A stretch of DNA of 35,675 nucleotides from Candidatus Micrarchaeaceae archaeon (GTDB taxonomy: Archaea > Micrarchaeota > Micrarchaeia > Micrarchaeales > CABMGC01): contig JAVYRW010000002.1 of assembly GCA_038730205.1 (NCBI GenBank), positions 1 through 35,675 of the forward strand, given 5' to 3'. Position numbers and translations under genes: made by a program. Below, one piece after another: positions 27,658-35,675 of the stretch; the first letter of the stretch is position 1, and each line of letters starts with the position of its first letter. The notes under the pieces are model-generated. The model was not told the origin of the DNA. It ran no database searches and was given only the letters and a program-made list of their open reading frames with translations.

Positions 27658-28692
27658 ATGGCCAGTTTAAATTTTAAACATAAAACACACGGTTTTCAAA
27701 GAAAAAGATCTCCAACAACTTTAATAATTGCAGCAATTATAATAATAGCGATTGCAGTAGTTGTTTTGTTGTCTTTAGGTGGAGTTAATAAAATTTCAAG
27801 TTCACAAACGTTTACAATTAAACAAGGTTCATCTTTACAATTTACACTACCTTCCTCTCAAAGCACATTTTCTATTTATCTGAATAACGCAACAACATCA
27901 TCCGCTGGTTTACTAGTATCACAATCCCCAGTATTATCTAGTACAATTGTGTCATTTTTAATAAACAATGGTTCAACATTAAATATAAGTACTGAGGGTT
28001 TATCAACTGCCAATTTACAAATCAAACTTTTATCTTCAAATTCAACATACGCAAAGCTTCAATTAACTCCAGTACCTTCTGGTCTTACAATACCAACAAG
28101 TAGTTTTGTAATAAACTCACAACCATCCCCCATTCCTAAAAGTTCAATCACTCCTGCACAGAGTACAATAAGCACAACAACTTCAATACAATCTAGTACA
28201 GCACCAAAAACATCCCAACAGAGTACTGTTCCTACAACAACCACAACCACTCCTAGTATATCTCAATCAATAATTACCGAAGCAAATAACAGTTATATAG
28301 GAACATTGGTTGCTAATCTAAACATTCTTTATGCAGAGGAATCACAGTGTACTTCTTCAATATATAATCAAACATTTATTTCATATGTTCATCAGCAACC
28401 TATAGGTCCATTTTCTTACCAAAACGTAAGCACAGTCACTCCAAAATCTATACTTACTAAAATAACAGGACCATTCTCTTATGGTTATCTTGTTAATTAT
28501 ACTTCTAACTCAGACTCTAAATTAACTTCTGGTTTGGCTATAAGTATGGAATTAAACTCAACTACTGGAGTAATATCAAATGTAAAGTTTTCAGGAATAT
28601 TTGAAGGTCAAAATTACACAGATATTCATAACTCATACACATTCCAAAGTGGTATAGGTAATTCATGTGCCGCTTTAATACCCTACTCATAA
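27658..28692 (+). CDS. Ser/Thr-rich exported protein with N-terminal signal anchor (hypothetical)
   Basis: A basic N-terminus (KHKTHGFQRKRS) is followed by one TM helix (LIIAAIIIIAIAVVVLLSL). A Ser/Thr/Pro-rich linker follows (TISTTTSIQSSTAPKTSQQSTVPTTTTTTPS). I recognise no catalytic motif. Confidence 0.6.
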   Translation: MASLNFKHKTHGFQRKRSPTTLIIAAIIIIAIAVVVLLSLGGVNKISSSQTFTIKQGSSLQFTLPSSQSTFSIYLNNATTSSAGLLVSQSPVLSSTIVSFLINNGSTLNISTEGLSTANLQIKLLSSNSTYAKLQLTPVPSGLTIPTSSFVINSQPSPIPKSSITPAQSTISTTTSIQSSTAPKTSQQSTVPTTTTTTPSISQSIITEANNSYIGTLVANLNILYAEESQCTSSIYNQTFISYVHQQPIGPFSYQNVSTVTPKSILTKITGPFSYGYLVNYTSNSDSKLTSGLAISMELNSTTGVISNVKFSGIFEGQNYTDIHNSYTFQSGIGNSCAALIPYS

Positions 28693-28728
28693 TAATAAAG
28701 AATTAAAATACAACAGACAATACTATGC

Positions 28729-30984
28729 TTAAGTATTTCTACTACTACTCTGATCTTGATCTTGTTCTACTTTTTTCTTTTGTTTTTGAGATATGGGTAT
28801 TACAAACCAAAATGTACTCCCCTTTCCAGTATCTGAAGTAACTCCTATCTTTCCGCCATGTAAACTCACTATTTCTTTTGCTATACTTAATCCTAATCCC
28901 GTTCCAGTACCTTCTGGTCTTGTAAGATTACTCGTTTCCTTTTTAACCTGGAAGAACTTTTTAAATAATTTATTTTTGTATTCTTTATTTATACCTATTC
29001 CTGTATCATTAACCTCAACTCTTACCAGCGGATTTTTTTTACCATGGTTTTTAACTGAAACTGTTATACCCCCTTTATCTGTAAATTTTATTGCATTACT
29101 TATTAAATTAACAAAAACCTGTATCAATCTGTTAGGGTCCGCTTCTACAATGTGAGTGTCACTGTCAACTGTAAAGCTCAATTTTATTCCTTTGTTAGTG
29201 GCTACATTTTCAAGGGATTTTATTATTGGACTTTCTTTAATATCATTAAAATCTACTGGTTTAATATCCAATTTAATTTTTTTAGATTCTAATTTTGCAA
29301 CGTCTAAAATCTGCGAAATTAATTGTAGTAATCTATCTCCTTCATTTATTATTATACTTAAATTTCTTTTTTGTTCTTCGTTTAACGCTCCAAATTCTTC
29401 AGCTATCATTAATTTTGAAAAACCCATTATATTAGTTATTGGAGTTTTAAGGTCGTGAGATATGTTATAAATGAACTGAGTTTTTAATTGACCTTCATAC
29501 TTTAATCGTTCAGCTTTTTTATTCATTTCATTTAGTGCTATTTCTGTTTCTAAAAGTTTATTTTTTGTTACCAATTCTTTACCTATAAACATAAATCCAT
29601 TTATTTTACCCTCAGTATCATATGTTGGTTTTACTGTTTGTAATGAAGGTAAAGCGCTTCCATCATTTTTATTTATTATAGAAACTTCCATACCGTTTAA
29701 TACTCCTCCTTTTTTAACAATATCAAATGAGTTTATTATTTTTCTTTGACTTTCTTTATCTGCACAAATACTAAAAACATCAAAATTATTTAAAATATCC
29801 CTATTATACCCAGTTATTTTTTCGAAACTATCGTTAACACTTTTTATATAACCAGAAGTATCAGTTATAACTATCATCTCTCCAGAAAATTTAATTATGT
29901 CGTCTATGGTCCTCTTCAAAATATTTGAATACTTTTCATTATTTCTTAATATAAAACCCACAACAAAATCTTTATTCTTATTCAGAAAAAGTTTTGTGTT
30001 TATAACTGATGTATTTTGCAATTTCATTGGCAACTCAAAAACTTTAAATTCAAATTCTTCCAAAAACTTCTTTTTTAAATCTTCTTCATCAAACAATCCA
30101 TAAAGTTCTTTTCCAATAAAATACTCTTTATCTAAGTTTTCGTAACCATCTATACCGCCACCTGTCCAATATATCTTGAATTTTTTATCCATTAATAAAT
30201 AAAGTTGTACTTTATTAAACTCTATCAGTCTTTCTATATTTTTACCATATTCTATATCGGTAGTTTCATTAAATATTAGATGATACTCTGAATTATTTAT
30301 TTTACTAAACGATACATCAAAGGTTCTTTGTGACGTACTTAGTTTAGTAGAAATTTTTTTTGATTCAAAGAATTTTTTATCTTTACTAAAATCAAATAGT
30401 GTATCTATTTGAAAACCTTCTGGATATTGAACATTCTTTTCTATTATATCGAGGAATTTTTTATTATACCTCAAAATTTTTTTATCTATATTAATTATTA
30501 CTTGCGGAACTTCACTATTAAAAACAACATCAAAATATCTATTTAATAAATAATTTTTTTCATTAAATAATATTTTTTCATATTCCTCTCCTATCATATT
30601 AGAAAAAAATTCGTATAGTTTTATATTTTTTTGATCAAACGCATTTTCTTTCAAAGAAAGCAAAATTATTATTCCAAACTGTGTATTTTTTGTTCTTATT
30701 GGTAACATTAAACAGCTTTTAAAATTCTTATTTTTGTAATTTATCAATTCTGGAAAAGCCGAGTATCCACTTAAGTTATTATCTACATAGGGTTTTTCTG
30801 TATTTATTAAAAAATCATCAGTTTGGGTTCTATCTTCTGGCTTTATATAAAAGTTCTTGCTTTTAAACTCATCTGCACTTAAAAATTTTTTAAGTTTTTC
30901 TCCTACAAAACTTAGATATTCTTGATCAGAAATTACTTTATCGTGTTTTATACTTTCTAGAAACTCCAAGATCCGTACTTCCAT
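28729..30984 (-). CDS. Cytoplasmic sensor histidine kinase (GAF-like + PAS domains, HisKA, HATPase_c)
   Basis: The H-box is ISHDLKTPITNI, the N-box NLISNAIKFT, the G1 box VNDTGIGI and the G2 box GTGLGLSIAKEIV. A PAS-like segment (IVITDTSGYIKSVNDSFEKITGY) is present. No TM helices were noticed. Confidence 0.85.
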   Translation of the reverse strand: MEVRILEFLESIKHDKVISDQEYLSFVGEKLKKFLSADEFKSKNFYIKPEDRTQTDDFLINTEKPYVDNNLSGYSAFPELINYKNKNFKSCLMLPIRTKNTQFGIIILLSLKENAFDQKNIKLYEFFSNMIGEEYEKILFNEKNYLLNRYFDVVFNSEVPQVIINIDKKILRYNKKFLDIIEKNVQYPEGFQIDTLFDFSKDKKFFESKKISTKLSTSQRTFDVSFSKINNSEYHLIFNETTDIEYGKNIERLIEFNKVQLYLLMDKKFKIYWTGGGIDGYENLDKEYFIGKELYGLFDEEDLKKKFLEEFEFKVFELPMKLQNTSVINTKLFLNKNKDFVVGFILRNNEKYSNILKRTIDDIIKFSGEMIVITDTSGYIKSVNDSFEKITGYNRDILNNFDVFSICADKESQRKIINSFDIVKKGGVLNGMEVSIINKNDGSALPSLQTVKPTYDTEGKINGFMFIGKELVTKNKLLETEIALNEMNKKAERLKYEGQLKTQFIYNISHDLKTPITNIMGFSKLMIAEEFGALNEEQKRNLSIIINEGDRLLQLISQILDVAKLESKKIKLDIKPVDFNDIKESPIIKSLENVATNKGIKLSFTVDSDTHIVEADPNRLIQVFVNLISNAIKFTDKGGITVSVKNHGKKNPLVRVEVNDTGIGINKEYKNKLFKKFFQVKKETSNLTRPEGTGTGLGLSIAKEIVSLHGGKIGVTSDTGKGSTFWFVIPISQKQKKKVEQDQDQSSSRNT

Positions 30985-31043
30985 TTCTATACCTAATATT
31001 TTATATCTTAATATATTAAAATCTATAAAAACATGTGTTAATA

Positions 31044-31700
31044 ATGGATATAAATACAGCGTTCGAAGGTGTATACAAAATAAATAATAAATTAGCTACT
31101 AAAAATCTTACCCCTGGGATAAAAGTTTATGATGAAGAACTTATAAAAGTTAAAAATACCGAGTATAGATTATGGAATCCATATAGAAGTAAACTTGCAG
31201 CATCTATTATAAATGGATTATCCGAATTAAACATTAAAAAAGGTTCACAAGTTCTTTATTTGGGAGCGTCTACCGGAACTACAGTTAGTCATGTAAGTGA
31301 TATAATAGAAGAAGGAAACGTGTTTGCAGTTGAAATCTCAAAAAGAAGCATGCGTGATCTTTTAACATTGTGCGAAAAACGTGAAAATATCTTACCTATT
31401 TTTGAAGACGCATTAAATACTGATTCATATCTCTCAGAAGTAGGAGAAGTAGATATAATATATGAAGATGTTGCGGCTCCAACACAGGATAAAATATTAA
31501 TAAAAAATGCAGAGTTGCTTAAAAAAGGAGGTTCAGCTTATGTTGCAATAAAGTCACAAAGTATCGATGTGTCAAAAGATCCAAAAGTAGTATTTGAAGA
31601 ATTTATCAAAAACATTTCGCATAAATTCAAAGTAGTTCAAAGGATTAAAATAGAACCATTCGATAAACTGCATTTATTTTTACATCTTAAAAAATTATAG
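31044..31700 (+). CDS. flpA: Fibrillarin-like rRNA/tRNA 2'-O-methyltransferase
   Basis: YRLWNPYRSKLAA is present, along with the SAM-binding segment VLYLGASTGTTVSHVSDI, plus VFAVEIS and IYEDVA. The ORF track starts at GTG 31035, but the ATG at 31044 is preferred. Confidence 0.88.
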   Translation: MDINTAFEGVYKINNKLATKNLTPGIKVYDEELIKVKNTEYRLWNPYRSKLAASIINGLSELNIKKGSQVLYLGASTGTTVSHVSDIIEEGNVFAVEISKRSMRDLLTLCEKRENILPIFEDALNTDSYLSEVGEVDIIYEDVAAPTQDKILIKNAELLKKGGSAYVAIKSQSIDVSKDPKVVFEEFIKNISHKFKVVQRIKIEPFDKLHLFLHLKKL

Positions 31701-31754
31701 TTATCAAGCAAAAAATTCAAAAGTAATATAAATTTTGTTTACCTACTTAATTTT

Positions 31755-32561
31755 ATGTCATTAAATTCAAACTATATATCAGAAATGAAAACTTTATTAC
31801 AATCATTATTTCCTGCAGTGTGTAATAATTGTGCTTCAAAAATATTAATTCCAAATAATTTAGGCATATGTACAGTTTGCGAATTAGTTGTTATAAAAGA
31901 AGGAAACAATTCACAAGCAAATTTATTTGAAAAAATAACGCCTTTGATAAATAAAGATTCCGTTACTCAAGCATACACTGCTCTTAATGCTTTATCAAAA
32001 GAATCAACAACACCCTCTATTTCTTATGTTTTCGGTATTTTTTATAGTATTTTATCTGATTATGCCTATACTAATCTAAATTATAATGGAAAAGGTTTTA
32101 TGGAAGAAAATTCCGCAAACAAATATTTATCTTTAGATTTAACTTCAAAGTCAAAAGAATTTTTCTTCAGAACATTAAAACAAATATCAAAAATTGAACA
32201 AAAAGGAAGCGATATTATATATTTAGAGTTTATTACAAATATAAAATTAAAAAGAATGTTTTATGCTCTTAATTCTTTGAAAGTTCTAAATCAAAATAAA
32301 ACAGGAGAAATTTATAATAATTATGCAAATATGGTTTATGCTGTTGAGTCAAAAAGAAAGGATGCAGAATATTTTGTTAAACCTTTACTTAACACTTCCC
32401 CCATTTTATTTTTTTATATATCAAAAATATTAGCTCAAAAAAAGAATTTAAAAGAAGCTATAAAAATACTTGAATATATAAACTCAAATGTAAATATACC
32501 TACTTCATATGCATACTTTAAAAAATTAGAAAGTATTTTAACAGCCGCTGGTTTTGATTAA
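31755..32561 (+). CDS. Hypothetical protein with N-terminal CxxC...CxxC zinc ribbon and a helical (TPR-like?) body
   Basis: CNNC and CTVC are separated by 11 residues near the N-terminus. The rest looks alpha-helical. I recognise no family. Confidence 0.5.
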   Translation: MSLNSNYISEMKTLLQSLFPAVCNNCASKILIPNNLGICTVCELVVIKEGNNSQANLFEKITPLINKDSVTQAYTALNALSKESTTPSISYVFGIFYSILSDYAYTNLNYNGKGFMEENSANKYLSLDLTSKSKEFFFRTLKQISKIEQKGSDIIYLEFITNIKLKRMFYALNSLKVLNQNKTGEIYNNYANMVYAVESKRKDAEYFVKPLLNTSPILFFYISKILAQKKNLKEAIKILEYINSNVNIPTSYAYFKKLESILTAAGFD

Positions 32562-32563
32562 AA

Positions 32564-34006
32564 TTATCCTTTAATAACAACAAGTGGTTTATTTTTTGAT
32601 ACTATCTTTGCTAATCCGGCCCTTTCAACAACACTAACTACTTCATCAGGATTTTTATAAGCCCATTCAGCTTCTTCACTTATTAGCTTTCTAGTTCTAA
32701 CTCTTATCTCTATATCTTTTTCTTTTAATATGTTGAAGGTTTTGCTTGAAGGTATCTCTCTTAAAGCCTGATGCCTTGACATTAATCTTCCAGATCCGTG
32801 GCATGCGCTTCCAAATGATTCCTTCATTGAATTTTCCATACCACAAAGAATATAACTTCCTGTGCTCATACTTCCCGGTATTATTACTGGTTGACCCACT
32901 ACTCTGTATTTTGAAGGTAACTCCTTAGTACCTTTTGGAAATGCTCTTGTGGCACCCTTTCTATGTATATACAATCTTCTTTTTTCACCATTTACTGTAT
33001 GTTCTTCATGCTTGGCTATATTATGCGCAACATCATAAAGTAGTTCCATCCCCAATTCTTCATGATCCTTTCCAAATACTTCAGAAAAGCTTTTTCTTAT
33101 CAGGTGTGTTATTATCTGCCTATTAGTGAAAGCGAAGTTTACTGCGCAGTTCATGGCCATTATGTAATTTTGAGCTTCTTTACTTCCTACTTTTGCATAG
33201 CTAAGTTCTTTGTCTGGTAGCTGTATATTGTTTCTTTGTTGATAATCTAGTAAGGTTCTTAAGAAATCACTACATATCTGATGGCCGAAGCCTCTAGATC
33301 CTGTATGAACCATTATGACTATTTGATCTTTTTCTAAGCCGTAAGCTTTAGCTATATTTTCATCAAATATTTTCTCTACTTTCTGTATCTCTAGAAAGTG
33401 GTTCCCAGCTCCTAGCGTGCCTAACTGGTTTAAGCCTCTTTTTTTAGCGTCTTTACTTACTTTTGAGAAATCTGCTCCGTCTAGCCTTCCATGTTCCTCT
33501 ATCCTTTGAATATCATCTTTAACTCCATAACCTTTTTCAACAGCATACTTTACTCCTTCTTTTGTTATTAGTTCTAAATCACTTTCTTTAAAGCCTAAAT
33601 TTAATTTACTTCCAACTCCTGTAGGTACAGTTTTAAATAAAGTATCTGAAAGCTCCTTTATTTTTGGTTTGAGTTCATTAACATTTATTGATGTTTTAAT
33701 TAATCTAACTCCACAATTAATATCAAAACCTACGGCTCCTGGTGATATTATACCTTCCTCTGCATCAAAAGCAGCAACTCCTCCTACAGGAAAACCATAT
33801 CCCTGATGCCCATCTGGCATAACTAAAACATCTCCAACTATTCCTGGAAGTTTTGAGGCATTTATTGCCTGTTGTACAGTACTATCTTTTTTCATTTTTT
33901 CAAGCATATCCTCTGTACTATAAAAAACAACACCACCATTCATTTGTTGTTCTTTTTCAATTTTAAATTTAACTTCTGAAATCTTTTTTATCTTAATATT
34001 TTCCAT
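32564..34006 (-). CDS. rtcB: RNA 3'-phosphate/5'-OH ligase RtcB (tRNA-splicing ligase)
   Basis: GFDINCGVR, GAGNHFLE, HTGSRGFGHQ and CHGSGR are the conserved RtcB metal and GMP-histidine motifs. Length is 480 aa and there is no intein. Confidence 0.92.
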   Translation of the reverse strand: MENIKIKKISEVKFKIEKEQQMNGGVVFYSTEDMLEKMKKDSTVQQAINASKLPGIVGDVLVMPDGHQGYGFPVGGVAAFDAEEGIISPGAVGFDINCGVRLIKTSINVNELKPKIKELSDTLFKTVPTGVGSKLNLGFKESDLELITKEGVKYAVEKGYGVKDDIQRIEEHGRLDGADFSKVSKDAKKRGLNQLGTLGAGNHFLEIQKVEKIFDENIAKAYGLEKDQIVIMVHTGSRGFGHQICSDFLRTLLDYQQRNNIQLPDKELSYAKVGSKEAQNYIMAMNCAVNFAFTNRQIITHLIRKSFSEVFGKDHEELGMELLYDVAHNIAKHEEHTVNGEKRRLYIHRKGATRAFPKGTKELPSKYRVVGQPVIIPGSMSTGSYILCGMENSMKESFGSACHGSGRLMSRHQALREIPSSKTFNILKEKDIEIRVRTRKLISEEAEWAYKNPDEVVSVVERAGLAKIVSKNKPLVVIKG

Positions 34007-34199
34007 AAAAACACAACTAACTTTTAATACTATCTTAAAGTAGAAAAAACCTAATTTATACTTTATACCTCCAACACTAAATATATATACGTGAACGAAT
34101 AAACATTAACTGTAACTCTTTATTTTTATTATTTTAAAAATTAAAAAGCAAAATATAAAGAAAGATTTAAATATCAATCCTGTTTAAGTTGTATTAACG

Positions 34200-34207
34200 T
34201 TTATTAA
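34200..34207 (+). promoter_or_regulatory. Candidate TATA box (TTTATTAA) for tRNA-Leu
   Basis: It is centred about 30 nt upstream of the tRNA 5' end at 34234. Confidence 0.3.
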
Positions 34208-34233
34208 TGTAATGTTGACAATTATTAGATGCT

Positions 34234-34331
34234 GCAGGGATGGCAGAGCCTGGTCAAATGCGACAGACTCAAGATCTGTTGGCTTAGGCCTACGAGAGTT
34301 CAAAAGTATTGAACAAATCTCTCTCCCTGCA
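34234..34331 (+). tRNA. tRNA-Leu (anticodon CAA), class II, with a 13-nt intron inside the T-loop
   Basis: The fold was done by hand. Acceptor is GCAGGGA/TCCCTGC with discriminator A. The D-stem is 3 bp (GCA/TGC) with GG in the D-loop. Anticodon stem is ACAGA/TCTGT with loop CTCAAGA (CAA at 34270-34272). The variable arm is GGC-TTAG-GCC. The T-stem GAGAG (34294-34298) / CTCTC (34319-34323) encloses 20 nt instead of 7. Removing 13 nt restores the T-loop TTCAAAT. Confidence 0.8.
34303..34315 (+). other. Non-canonical T-loop intron of tRNA-Leu (13 nt; exact junction ambiguous within 34301-34317)
   Basis: Any 13-nt window starting at 34301 through 34305 yields TTCAAAT after excision. GTTCAA (34298-34303) and TTGAAC (34309-34314) are perfect reverse complements, forming a hairpin across the intron. 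Confidence 0.65.
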
Positions 34332-34350
34332 CATTATTAATGGTGTATTA

Positions 34351-35118
34351 ATGATAAAGAATATAAAAAAGAATAAATTAAAGAACTCTAAAGTCGTTGC
34401 CTCTAAAAAAGTTAAGACAAAAAAAACTGAAAAAGTAACTAAAAATAAGTTTCTTGGAAGGTTGAAAAAAATAAAACTTAAAGAAAAGGCAATGTTTGAG
34501 GTACCACACTACCCGCAAAGTGAAGAGTTTACAAGTTCTGCAGCATGCGCAATGATGGTTCTTAAGTATATAAATCCAAAGTTTAATTTTAAGAAAGAAA
34601 GTGAGTACTCAATATGGCAAGAAGCCGTAAATGGAAGTGTATGGCACGGTTCAAAATATGGTGTTGCATACTCGATCTCAAAAAGAGGCGCAAAGGTAGG
34701 GATAATAAGTAACACTAAAGATGAAGGTTATGATAAAAAAATAGCAGTATATGAAAATGTCAATTTAGATACTTTAAATTCGTCATTCAATGAAATAAAG
34801 CAAAAATCAGAAAGTATGAACATAGAAGAGGAACACAGCGATATTACACTTAACTCAATAAAGAAAGCATTATCTGCAGGTTTAATACCTATTGTTTTAA
34901 TAGACGCAAGTCAAGTTAATACTTATTTAGAGCCTTCACCACATTGGGTTGTTGTAAAAGGCTATGATAAAGATGCGTTTTATATAAATGATCCTTACTC
35001 AGATAGTACAATAACCATAGATCCTGATGCATTTAAAGTAGCAATAGGTTTTGATGCAAACCATCATATGGTTTTAATAGATACAAAACATTTTCAAGAA
35101 CCTAAATTAAAGAACTAA
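34351..35118 (+). CDS. Peptidase C39-like (papain-fold cysteine peptidase family) protein with a Lys-rich N-terminal extension
   Basis: VPHYPQSEEFTSSAACAMMVLKY carries the candidate catalytic Cys. PHWVVVKGYD carries the His, and YINDP the Asp or Asn. The ORF-track start at 34309 lies inside tRNA-Leu, so the first usable ATG is 34351. ATG 34492 (MFEVPHY) is an alternative that would drop the polybasic region. Confidence 0.65.
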   Translation: MIKNIKKNKLKNSKVVASKKVKTKKTEKVTKNKFLGRLKKIKLKEKAMFEVPHYPQSEEFTSSAACAMMVLKYINPKFNFKKESEYSIWQEAVNGSVWHGSKYGVAYSISKRGAKVGIISNTKDEGYDKKIAVYENVNLDTLNSSFNEIKQKSESMNIEEEHSDITLNSIKKALSAGLIPIVLIDASQVNTYLEPSPHWVVVKGYDKDAFYINDPYSDSTITIDPDAFKVAIGFDANHHMVLIDTKHFQEPKLKN

Positions 35119-35150
35119 TTAAAACATTCACTTTTTATTTTATCTTGTAT

Positions 35151-35675
35151 TTATTTTTCTTTTATTTGTTTAAATAAATTATCGTAAAACTCAAGAACTC
35201 CTTTCGAAGAGAAAAAATTAAGTTTTTTACCATCTATCTTTACGTTATTTTTATTAATTATATCTAATATTGTATTAGGAATATCAACTTCGTTTTTTAT
35301 TACACACATTGAACTTACTTCAATAGGTATTGGCGTATATTTGGGTAATACAACCGGAGTATTGCATTGTAAACTTTCAAGAACAATTATACTTAAACCT
35401 TCTCTTTCTGACATATGTAAAAATACCGAGCTACTTGCTAATTCTCTATATAACTCTTTTTTATCTTTGTAAAATTGCTTGATTACTACATTTTTTTCCA
35501 AATCCAATTTTATAACAAGTTTCTGTATATTATTTTTTTCAATACCATTTCCTATTATTACTCCCTTTATTGTTTTATCTAAACTTATTACTTTCTTGAA
35601 AATTTCTAACCATTTATCTATTGTTTTTTCTTTAATAAAACGTCCAGCAAAAATTATTTTTCTTTCGTTCTTTAT
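35151..35675 (-). CDS. Family-1 (GT4-type) glycosyltransferase, C-terminal part (5' end beyond the window)
   Basis: The minus-strand frame stays open from 35507 to the window edge. It reads IIFAGRFIKEKTIDKWLEIF...GVIIGNGIEKNN...FLHMSEREGLSIIVLESLQCNTPVV, the GT-B nucleotide-sugar binding half with the E-x7-E motif. Confidence 0.8.
   Translation of the reverse strand: MKNERKIIFAGRFIKEKTIDKWLEIFKKVISLDKTIKGVIIGNGIEKNNIQKLVIKLDLEKNVVIKQFYKDKKELYRELASSSVFLHMSEREGLSIIVLESLQCNTPVVLPKYTPIPIEVSSMCVIKNEVDIPNTILDIINKNNVKIDGKKLNFFSSKGVLEFYDNLFKQIKEK

Noticed and set aside
28793-29458. Two plus-strand ORFs (120 and 100 aa) opposite the histidine kinase. Similar plus-strand ORFs occur at 29897-30103, 32746-33126, 23202-23447, 24189-24437 and 25523-25813.
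   Set aside because: They are antisense to genes with clear catalytic motifs (HK, RtcB, DUF424, GT2, TyrRS). They have no recognisable domains and their composition is typical of reverse-frame translation.
34309-34350. The ORF-track N-terminus MNKSLSLHIINGVL of the C39-like peptidase.
   Set aside because: These codons, which begin at a TTG, lie within and just after the tRNA-Leu T-arm and acceptor stem (34234-34331). The protein start was moved to ATG 34351 or 34492.

Overview
AT-rich (roughly 30% GC by eye), tightly packed archaeal chromosomal window with many overlapping or abutting genes. Archaeal housekeeping markers are present: FtsZ, fibrillarin, NAC, RtcB, archaeal-type TyrRS, split LplB/LplA plus LipA, and an Lhr helicase. 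There are three tRNA genes and all three carry introns, one of them inside the T-loop. FtsZ, intron-rich tRNAs, low GC and compact gene spacing suggest a small-genome DPANN-type archaeon. ARMAN-like Parv- or Micrarchaeota is my best guess, but this cannot be proven from the window. I saw no rRNA, CRISPR array, transposase or integrase. The most unusual content is a 15-kb cell-surface locus (5426-20778). It encodes a 2963-aa secreted, C-terminally anchored protein with an 831-residue stretch lacking Lys, Arg and His. It also encodes a small polytopic membrane protein and two large proteins with type IV prepilin-like (class III) N-termini carrying beta-propeller and LamG lectin-like modules. I interpret this locus as a candidate attachment or host-interaction apparatus. 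Other points worth a second look are a translationally coupled Lhr / metallophosphoesterase / RNase HI cassette, an unannotated 41-aa hyperacidic micro-ORF with a duplicated DDSDDDW motif, a 13-nt T-loop intron in tRNA-Leu, and a lipoylation gene cluster. All domain calls rest on motif recognition by eye. No searches were run.
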